24,205 nt of DNA from a virus (Duplodnaviria; Caudoviricetes). Shown here piece after piece: positions 19,901 to 24,205 of the stretch. Location of the stretch: positions 1 to 24,205 of the IMG/VR virus record IMGVR_UViG_3300020045_004256; one strand, written 5' to 3'. The notes under the pieces are model-generated. The model was not told where the DNA came from. It worked only from the letters and a program-made list of their open reading frames with translations, and made no database searches. Position 1 is the stretch's first letter. Each line of letters starts with the position of its first letter. The translations under genes were made by a program, and so were the position numbers.

Positions 19901-22900
19901 ATATCGCGGGAAAGCTATCGCCCTCAAGATCAAGAATGGCGAATACCAGATTATAATGAGCCCCGAGTCCGCAAGAGAGGCTGGCATCTGGGAAGGCGAC
20001 AGCGACAAGCGCATTACGATGGCCCCGGATGTAGGCGCCGAGATTGTGGCCAAGGTTAAGGCGATGAGCCGTAGCCAGCGCGTCGATATGCCTTGGATGT
20101 TTGAGGTGGTGCGCGATGACCGCGCCCGGCTGGCGGCGATGGGCTTTGAAACCCCGGCTGAGCTTCGAGCCGCCCTGCGTGAGTTTATTAATCTCAGAGA
20201 AGCCCCGAAACAGGCCGACAAGATTAAGCAGATGGAACGCGAGATGATTGGCCGGGCCAAGGACGGGCTTGACTTCTTCCCCACCCCGAAAGCCACCGCC
20301 CAGGAGATGATCGACGCGGCCGGGATCACCGAGGGTATGAAGGTGCTGGAGCCGTCTGCCGGGATGGGACATATTGCCGAGCAAGTGCGAGAGTCAGGAG
20401 CCGAGCCCGATGTGGTCGAGATGTCAAACGACCGGCGCGAGTTGCTGGAGGCCAAGGGCTTCAATGTGGTTGGCCGAGACTTCATGGATATGAAATCGGC
20501 TCCCGAACCAATATGGAAGTATGAGGAATACACCCCGTTTTCACGACAACTAGCCAAAGATTACACCCGGTCAGAACTGGAGTCGCAGCGCGATAAGTAC
20601 GACGCAAATCGAAGTGGTTTGGCTGCCAGCCACGAAAGAGCAATATCCGCCACCTCTTCAATGACAAGCAATAGCGCCCGCCGTGCTGGCTCTAGAAATT
20701 CGATGACCGGGAATTATGAAGATTTTCAGAACAGAGTTAACGCTCTCGAAATCTATGATAACTACCCAGAGAAGACCAAGGAAGGGGGAAATGTCCAGGC
20801 TGGTGGTTATGACCGAATCATAATGAACCCGCCGTTCTCTGACCGCCGTGACGCGCAGCACGTTCAACATGCCTTCACCCTCCTTAAACCGGGTGGCCGG
20901 GTGGTGGCTATCATGGGAGAGGGCGTGTTCTTCGGCCAGGACAAGAAGGCCGTCGCTTTCAGAGAATGGCTTGATGAGGTTGGCGGAACCGCCGAAAAGC
21001 TGGAGTCTGGGACATTCCTTGACCCATCCCTACCGGTTAACACCGGAGTTTCTGCCCGTATGGTTGTTATTGATAAACCGGGCGGGCAGATGGTTACCAG
21101 TGAACCGGCCGCCCCTTACGCGGCGGAATATGATAGTGTTGCCGAAGGAGATATTGAAAGCGAAAGCGTGATTACTCGGGCGGTTGATACCGAGTCGCCA
21201 GAGTTCAAACAGTTCTTCGGCCCCTCTGTTGTCACCATCGACGGCGAGGCCGGTAGCGCCCCGCTGGTGGTCTATAAGGGGATGCTCAAGCATGACTGGA
21301 AGACCGGCAGGGAAATCACCTCTATCGACTCACCAAATGGCCCTTGGGCTGGTTTCTTCACCGACTCCGCCGATGTGGCCGACAAGTTCCAAAAAGCCTT
21401 TGCCACAATGGGCGAAGCCAGGACAATCCAGGTTTATTTGAATATCCGCAACCCCTATGTCATTGACGCCAAGGGTGGCCGAGCCAAAGACTTCATGTTT
21501 GATGATGCCGTGTTTGGGAAAGACCCAACTAACCCGGGCGCCGCTGCCGCCTTCCGGCAAGGCCATGATGGTGTGATCATTAAGAACACAGCAGACGAAG
21601 GAGCGGTTTATATCCCGGCCCGGCCCACTCAGATCAAATCAGCCACCTCCAACACCGGGGAGTTTTCCCTCACTAACCCGAATATCACCAGAGAGCCCAC
21701 GGCCGAGTATCAAACCACCGTCATCGAGCCAGCCAAAGCCTTCTATTCCAAGCTGAAAGATGTCTCGGTTGGGAAGTTTATAGGCATGAAGGCCCAGAGC
21801 GTCGAGCCCTACCTGCTCAAGCAAGGCGTGAAGAAAGCAGAGATTGAGGCCACCGGGCTGCGTGAATGGCTGGCCGCCAAGAAGCCAACCGACAAGGTGA
21901 CCCAGGCCGAGCTTGAGAACTTCGTCAAGGCGAATACCGTTGAGCTTGAGGATGTGGTGTTGGGGAAGAACAAGACAACCGGCGTTCACGATACAGACCA
22001 TGGGTGGCGCAACGCCATAGACATTGCCTTTGATGCAGGCAGAGAGGCCGAGGCTGACAGGCTCACGGCGGGGTATGACTCGTGGAGAGCATCAGGGGGC
22101 GCGACAGACACCCACTTCTCCCAATACACCGAACCCGGCGCGGTTGAGGGCAGCTACCGGGAGATGTTTGTTACGGCTCCAGGTGTCAACGTACCTACCG
22201 AAAACGGGCGCCTCTGGCGTGACGGTCACTCTCAGTACGGAGAAGTAGAGAACCCTGTTGTCCGTATCCGGTTCAACGCGGTCGAGGCCGACGGCAAGCG
22301 CGTTTTAAGAATTGAAGAGATGCAGGGACCGAACCCCGACAACCAAGCCAAGATGCCCGCCTACCTCAAGGAGAACATCTACCAGCTTGGCGTGAAGCGC
22401 ATCCTGGCCTATGCGAAGGCGAACGGCTTTGACGGGGTGGCGCTGGCGACCAAGCCAGGACGGACTGCGGGCGAGACTCAGGCGGATCGGTACTCGCTGG
22501 AGAAGCAGGTTGACAAAATATCAGTGGATAAGACTGCCAGCGGAACGTACCGGTTGCAGGTCTGGGGGCCAGAAAACAACTCCATATATTCCAACAAGAA
22601 CGGTAAGGCAATTACCGCCGACGGACTTGTGCCGATTGTTGGCAAGGAGCTGGCGCAGAAAATATCCGAGCAAGAACCTCTGAGTGGGAAGACCTATTCT
22701 GGGGTTGACCTCAAGGTAGGCGGCGAAGGCCTGAAGAAACTCTACGACACCGACCTCCCCCGCATGTTCGAGGCCTACGGCAAGGGAAAGATGGGGGCGG
22801 TGGAAACACCAGAGACTAAGGATATCCATATGCGATATTCTCCAGACCGTTACGAATGGAACGGGCCAGTTCCTACTCTGGAAGATGTCAAAACAATGAT

Positions 22901-24205
22901 GGAGATATCCGAAAAATCCGGCCCTCCTATTTTTGACAATCCTTTCACCGGCCAGCGCCAGGACTTCGCAATAAATACTGTTGGAACTCACCGGTCACTC
23001 AAGGAAGTCTATCGGGATGTTTCCAGCGGCGAATATGATATGAAGGAAGCTCTTATAGCGAAAGGGGCAACCACCGTATTCGGGGCCAATGTTATCCCTA
23101 TCGCCTCCGGTTCGACCATACCCTACATCCCCATCACCCAGAACACCCCGACCAGCTTCGCTACTTTCGAGCCCCGCCAGATGAGCTTCGGCTACGCCAA
23201 GCGACCCGAAACCCTCACGCCAGCGCAGAAGGACAACGAGGCCAAAGCTATCGCAGGGGCAACCGCACAAATCAAGGGATTGCCTGGGACTGTACTCGCA
23301 AACAAAATAGCCAAGGACTTCAAAGATAACAGTAAAACCAATATCTTAGGGCAACAAGTTAATGGGATAGATGACATGGCTGTAATCGGTCAAATATTCC
23401 GCAACCCTCACTTTGAAACCAACCGCTATGTGTTTGTGAAGGATGGAAAGATTGTCAATATCACCGGCGTAACCTCCCGCCTTCCTGGTTCGGCTGCGGC
23501 CTTTATTGGTAGAAATACCGACGCGGCTAAGGGCGCCACCCAGATTCAAGGGATGATTGATCAATCCGGGGCTAATGGCTTCTACCTGCTCCATAATCAC
23601 CCGAGCGGCAACCCACGGCCAAGCGGACTTGATATTGAATTCACCAAGTTCATCGAACACAAGTTTGCCGACCAGTTCCAGGGCCATGTTGTGATCAACC
23701 ACGACAGCTACGCAACCATCAAGGGCGGGAGTATTGAAGTCAAGCCCCTCTCAATGGCTACCCAAGAGCCCGGCCGGTACGGTGCGGCCAGCGGAATAAC
23801 CACCCCCCACCCTCTTATCGGAACGCTGATAAATAGTTCACGCACCCTGGCAGCTTCGGCGGCGAAGTTGCAGGCCGACGAGAGTACCTTTCAAATAATC
23901 GGCACCAGCGGTTCGTCTGGCACGGTGGCGGGGATTATGGATATCCCTGTAAGTGCGGTGAACAAGGCGAAGGGGTTGCGACTGGTGGCCATGCTTCGGC
24001 AGTTTGCCCGGGCAACAGGATCAGCGCAGGTGTTCGCCGTGAACATTCCAGACAAGGCCGGTATCGACTTTGAGCGGGCGATAAAGAACGGAGTGCTAGT
24101 CGATGCGCACTATTCGTCCTACGGTTCTTTGTCCGACGCAGGAATTCACCCGGAAGGAGATGTTGACTTCGGACGCAGTGGAATCAAGGGGTTAAAGGTC
24201 AGTGA
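10953..24205 (+). CDS. Giant polyvalent (multi-effector) ejection/internal virion protein, at least 4417 aa, 3'-truncated by the window
   Basis: Manual translation of frame +3 from ATG 10953 (MQIADIRQKYPEYSDLSDGELVSGLHKKFYSDIP) found no stop up to the window end (...GLKVS). Many enzyme motifs occur in this frame. It occupies the P22 gp16 position. Confidence 0.93.
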   Translation, partial: MQIADIRQKYPEYSDLSDGELVSGLHKKFYSDIPIVEFSKKLGLTAPTDTIQPPTVTGELANAAKNYLSTPSTPSAFKDVAALPQVKATVYPAPAQFPVEMSPSHQTSSVAIPAPVNTNAFNPTRIDSGKVDALGKIASGVSGAVGNLGFAATTGLAKVSGELANLSVGNESSPHGSEGYLNRETFKEAEDQLKRLSLYWEKGAQDTTLPQQIVGDLFGGAIPGMVSFTLMPALAARKLSEGDFLGAAKEAGEYAVAKTMLHHINRLTPAPRLMLAGMFGAGQAAIAGGDARDMARGAATMAGFGVLAGKGGKSLKDAGAEYFAKFTDFKARRAARKMWENAPDSMKVPAIIALDQMMANNPNMSEGEIIRRWPQFMDEAIGKRNSGENQGKPVSTDGANPLGDVINGKISPEIPPASPKPPPTSGEGPGVGINDLSRPTPTTGPQIEATRQAPAFPGVAPAMIPPAAPVNALASPQATPALPAYPGTPPAFELPKQAAEERNLDTQGNRIDRRQNHPSNPHGIEMLAERNKPLERVLDRAMVNHADYERLKATDPELAERYKRATTDELLGSYGVTSFADIREVAGSFDKQNIPYVIERADGGNLGGANDKHGGNHEGANRDIRQVWGDVYVRRVREHGGLVSRDQGDEILTIWPNYTLAEVETIRAEIENEVRAKRDELGYSDTFHPKKGLPTGALHINYGLAEGVPGKFAEQEKVAEFGQHNQKKKEIATIAEKNGYILNQETKKYEPRKLEHTPGAPGERDRPGIADTLGAVRPDAGLAAAGTRNPGGRREEGNFPAEGNSGQVAKHLGETLSADTESGQHIPLQYGLAEAQDLVTSHDDQLQVNPEYPAELQPRNRDRAAYALQVAKIANEIKPSWLVNNYKVNEGAPVVSGQGEVESGNGRTIGIRQAYATGKAAEYKKYLANNAEKFGLTADQVNSMTAPVLVRIRTGSMSAEERIAFAQEANVSGVTKVSTVEQAKIDAAKLESLDQFVPNESGEVKDAANRGFIRYFIERVVPAAERNSMMDSDGNLSQEGERRVKAAIFAKAYDNQKVLSRLLESTDSNVKNITGAMLNAAPGVAALRQGMKAGNLYDLDATADIGTAVEKFAEIKSKGDSVKAFLQQTNMFGGGMPESQKAILGYLDGASRSRKQVQAFIQSYVDVVNGLGNPNQLSLLGGSKEVPTLPAVLDRAISRANEKSDKGQTLFSNVKTPPAIDLTPETPVAPAAITTPDASTSTPAEASATHGGKRTATITQGDVGQWTVSFLEDGQEVSSSNPQSEAAAIAKKINWEKGRKAGPVPIHSQEAEIDRAATAGYEFAKNNGPGVRLAPPAWVEQDDFTSLAFKIGARRYFDENPSGVTSEIKKGEIGGKMSEGETVLTSSGRTTTPFPKIDTTTNTKTIFTVKRGTAWLMDNAIAEAQARGDSFNLRQFESNKAKPSQADKDSAELYLFGEQPAVKPSILKDLTPKAPVPRPAALTERDATTEERIISEKAPAVLDLANKPTGWKQLVGENRDSVTLVTIDGKKAIAFTNPDAKSGAEAMRMMAKAHAYAIDNPYSIPESSPGELVVKPLVGQSAPAKSGKHVSSLGMSYEAAVEKNLIHMGTPRAQWSAVKVSGAEDDGAGHLMPIFDFPKGYTDAPTLFPISGSDSNCELCGNGIKIIYHLQNDTRKWNLKVGSECVTHFTEGVAGEQLTKQAVWEINRALARKVIAARKKLWEVFATPSTGSYGRQGRAINNQIAAGTHGRIKELTKNILADKPKLSGMEATADGAITRWVAVNKDELSALIDKAADLIEKKTGIRPTFEEASVVQSEVTTNTTPAPLPEGVHKDVVERLEMELATAQDRAAREQAASKRLHESDNIPGSFVTGRSNQHKGLQKKRGAMNERLMRQHDKLQAAEKSLAEAERRLAGYRSGEFHENGQPRAASPSRLAAAKTVGTYADYIRARVSKGDTVTFLPNPRAGGVEVKRLNVKTVTLSTGTNWTYDNIAPMKDGREMTREELKADIKAWHQTDQAVPVESSPSKEVTAKKSLTEMVDEALAGRAVGNKADALRKQADKLTSEAMSMLDRIPPGQPVGSPRDRNLRDKSAEKMRQAGELNKQAEEIELKPARPQPVEKATPPSAQVEWTPEQQVKISADTLNELRPDDVYRVLESTPAEHRDAMKWAIIKEHSSNQRIQDEVRSAMDELAAEKLGEKIPPSPAKSEKPKVISWEKPDQKQLEEEWKTEQLDSLFFTGYPKPEQARAYKQQWFAALDDFSAPEKVDPQDFKADLYIAESDEKLAENIKHMNKNVPGVRAMLDSGKAPMPVVIRKEGKLKILAGRTRMSLAAMSGQEVEALVIDDKKMREAFYPMRRAEFLDHGWGIFGFSPKPSYPKIIDYIEGRTEELPVLGVDPNATPEKVKKEVERLMKHLGATSRENAKAMSPGPASTEAPAESSLPATSQQDAIATPSKIDQATRENPDIKTTLAFHNETIERLANGEATLAEYKAGFTRLLNSQAELTAEFSKMSKQAIMDEIGGHTADRMRGDKKDVAVRSAVDALVNDYFISKEGGMGSISYEIGGDYRTSRNAAIQKKIDDFTEEDLKAYAARVKANREKYAARQEQAEEAVKDPKTLSDFKDYFRAKMSPTVSFKEVYRGLTPEQQAAFDSHSAGESRPARIAALEKRRTSVRVADQTTGAVVVPGMHKKHNVPIWTVQLGEKVDRASYEALLGTAKQMGGTYVNRMKARMYNTDDGFQFRDQAKADAFVKLVAGDKTEAEQVVKERRDSFKDDRSQSAVERLNEMADKLDERAGESLGRDRKENTSRRADQSARAEATANAEKAMATTMRNIANAIESGSAELLDQVRQKVQVETLQKFLNNARNGEYPNYSDWEKHRYDPPTTKTAGFVEYPQYTAFRSDWARLGRQLREIDGTKKLGAGILKVADDVTAAYEKFAKDNIKSTHGFSEKSVARFRTTSGGQATFKSKTLAEDSIDRSGYRGKAIALKIKNGEYQIIMSPESAREAGIWEGDSDKRITMAPDVGAEIVAKVKAMSRSQRVDMPWMFEVVRDDRARLAAMGFETPAELRAALREFINLREAPKQADKIKQMEREMIGRAKDGLDFFPTPKATAQEMIDAAGITEGMKVLEPSAGMGHIAEQVRESGAEPDVVEMSNDRRELLEAKGFNVVGRDFMDMKSAPEPIWKYEEYTPFSRQLAKDYTRSELESQRDKYDANRSGLAASHERAISATSSMTSNSARRAGSRNSMTGNYEDFQNRVNALEIYDNYPEKTKEGGNVQAGGYDRIIMNPPFSDRRDAQHVQHAFTLLKPGGRVVAIMGEGVFFGQDKKAVAFREWLDEVGGTAEKLESGTFLDPSLPVNTGVSARMVVIDKPGGQMVTSEPAAPYAAEYDSVAEGDIESESVITRAVDTESPEFKQFFGPSVVTIDGEAGSAPLVVYKGMLKHDWKTGREITSIDSPNGPWAGFFTDSADVADKFQKAFATMGEARTIQVYLNIRNPYVIDAKGGRAKDFMFDDAVFGKDPTNPGAAAAFRQGHDGVIIKNTADEGAVYIPARPTQIKSATSNTGEFSLTNPNITREPTAEYQTTVIEPAKAFYSKLKDVSVGKFIGMKAQSVEPYLLKQGVKKAEIEATGLREWLAAKKPTDKVTQAELENFVKANTVELEDVVLGKNKTTGVHDTDHGWRNAIDIAFDAGREAEADRLTAGYDSWRASGGATDTHFSQYTEPGAVEGSYREMFVTAPGVNVPTENGRLWRDGHSQYGEVENPVVRIRFNAVEADGKRVLRIEEMQGPNPDNQAKMPAYLKENIYQLGVKRILAYAKANGFDGVALATKPGRTAGETQADRYSLEKQVDKISVDKTASGTYRLQVWGPENNSIYSNKNGKAITADGLVPIVGKELAQKISEQEPLSGKTYSGVDLKVGGEGLKKLYDTDLPRMFEAYGKGKMGAVETPETKDIHMRYSPDRYEWNGPVPTLEDVKTMMEISEKSGPPIFDNPFTGQRQDFAINTVGTHRSLKEVYRDVSSGEYDMKEALIAKGATTVFGANVIPIASGSTIPYIPITQNTPTSFATFEPRQMSFGYAKRPETLTPAQKDNEAKAIAGATAQIKGLPGTVLANKIAKDFKDNSKTNILGQQVNGIDDMAVIGQIFRNPHFETNRYVFVKDGKIVNITGVTSRLPGSAAAFIGRNTDAAKGATQIQGMIDQSGANGFYLLHNHPSGNPRPSGLDIEFTKFIEHKFADQFQGHVVINHDSYATIKGGSIEVKPLSMATQEPGRYGAASGITTPHPLIGTLINSSRTLAASAAKLQADESTFQIIGTSGSSGTVAGIMDIPVSAVNKAKGLRLVAMLRQFARATGSAQVFAVNIPDKAGIDFERAIKNGVLVDAHYSSYGSLSDAGIHPEGDVDFGRSGIKGLKVS
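12642..13139 (+). other. Divergent GGDEF-like (nucleotide cyclase palm) domain within the giant ORF
   Basis: RATTDELLG...PYVIERADGGNLGGANDKHGGNHEGANRDIRQV...LVSRDQGDEILTIWP...LHINYGLA...AEFGQHNQKK is colinear with the GGDEF consensus TDxLTG...DLDxFKxINDxxGHxxGD...VARxGGDEFxILLP...SIGIA...ADxALYxAK. Confidence 0.72.
13198..13377 (+). CDS. Nested out-of-frame small ORF (59 aa) inside the giant gene, candidate partner or inhibitor of the GGDEF-like domain
   Basis: AGGAG at 13183-13187, ATG at 13198, TAG at 13375-13377. Product MSQESWNIRQGLPANATDQESLIHSAQFAPTQDLRQQAHEILVDAEKKGIFPPRETVVK. The host frame here is a G/R/P-rich linker. Confidence 0.55.
   Translation: MSQESWNIRQGLPANATDQESLIHSAQFAPTQDLRQQAHEILVDAEKKGIFPPRETVVK
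13395..14460 (+). other. DdrB-like ParB domain plus trailing helical region
   Basis: YGLAEAQDLVTSH...NPEYPAELQPRNRDR...GAPVV...VESGNGRT...PVLVR is the signature of the phage P1 DdrB-like ParB family. Boundaries are approximate. Confidence 0.85.
15921..16019 (+). other. Small Zn-binding module
   Basis: CELCGNGIKIIYHLQND...LKVGSECVTHF, with CxxC plus distal His/Cys ligands. Confidence 0.6.
17601..17990 (+). other. Second ParB/sulfiredoxin-fold domain
   Basis: AMLDSGKAPMPVVIRKEGKLKILAGRTRMSLAAMSGQEVEALVID fits the P-h-h-h...h-h-x-G-x-x-R-h-x-x-A...G...V-x-h-h-h-D ParB core. Confidence 0.65.
20271..21080 (+). other. N6-adenine DNA methyltransferase domain (class I SAM-dependent) with internal insertion
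   Basis: DFFPTP (motif X), VLEPSAGMG (motif I, 20343-20369), YDRIIMNPPF (motif IV, 20808-20837) and LLKPGGRVVAIM. Confidence 0.9.
21186..21686 (+). other. ADP-ribosyltransferase-like domain (ART-PolyVal type), variant active site
   Basis: SPEFKQFFGPSVV...PLVVYKG...GFFTD...VYLNIRNP...GHDGVII...PTQIKSATSNTGEFS..NPNI. Confidence 0.8.
21738..22790 (+). other. Recurrent polyvalent-protein domain of uncertain activity (possibly GNAT-like fold)
   Basis: FYSKL...GVKKAEIEATGLREWL...FSQYTEPG..SYRE...GKRVLRIEEMQG...KRILAYAKANGFDGVAL...GGEGLKKLYD. Confidence 0.55.
23343..23720 (+). other. RadC-like JAB/MPN metallo-domain
   Basis: Glu at 23415 (FET), HNHPSGNPRPSGLD at 23592-23633 (HxH-x7-S-x2-D), and GHVVIN. 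Confidence 0.88.

Larger units (their letters stand above)
1..24205 (+). mobile_element. Phage/prophage late operon, P22-like podovirus head-tail-ejection module
   Basis: Co-directional, tightly packed or overlapping genes in P22-like order (scaffold, coat, gp4, gp10, GNAT, gp7, gp20, large ejection protein). No host genes or att site in the window, so free phage and prophage cannot be distinguished. Confidence 0.93.

Noticed and set aside
14435-20557. Long minus-strand ORFs (14435-15574, 18273-19646, 19760-20557 and others)
   Set aside because: All lie antisense to the motif-rich giant + strand frame and have shadow-like composition.
20490-20807. MTase insert as a possible intein
   Set aside because: No N-terminal Cys/Ser block and no C-terminal His-Asn followed by Cys/Ser/Thr.
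21145-21159. Exact 15-mer AAGGAGATATTGAAA shared with the gp20-like RBS (9874-9888), suggesting an internal start
   Set aside because: No suitably spaced in-frame start codon follows, and one 15-mer match in 24 kb is plausible by chance.
11455-22683. Other short + strand out-of-frame ORFs inside the giant gene
   Set aside because: R/P/S-rich off-frame composition, mostly overlapping conserved domains, and no convincing RBS noticed. Only 13198-13377 stood out.
1-24205. tRNA, CRISPR array, integrase/att site, reverse transcriptase or DGR repeats, genetic code reassignment
   Set aside because: None seen. The window is almost fully coding under the standard code, with TAA, TAG and TGA all used as stops.

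Overview
This window is the late (virion morphogenesis) region of a P22-like podovirus or prophage, with every credible gene on the + strand. In order: scaffold, P22 gp5-type coat protein, a signal-peptide-bearing fibre/decoration-like protein, a small HeH/coiled-coil protein, gp4-like adaptor, gp10-like tail hub, an orphan ORF, two translationally coupled radical SAM genes (a compact Tes/GDGT-MAS-like enzyme and a B12-binding radical SAM), a GNAT, and gp7- and gp20-like ejection proteins. The remaining 13.2 kb (10953 to the window end) is one uninterrupted reading frame of at least 4417 codons. The ORF track omits it because it has no stop in the window. I translated it by hand: it is a polyvalent, probably injected protein. 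It carries a divergent GGDEF-like domain followed by a nested out-of-frame small gene, a DdrB-like ParB domain, a Zn-binding module, DUF3560-like segments, a second ParB/Srx domain, an N6-adenine MTase, a variant ADP-ribosyltransferase, an unassigned domain and tandem RadC/JAB domains. The most notable items are the radical SAM cassette inside the tail/ejection operon and the GGDEF-like domain with its nested partner ORF. All family assignments come from motif recognition by eye, not from database searches.
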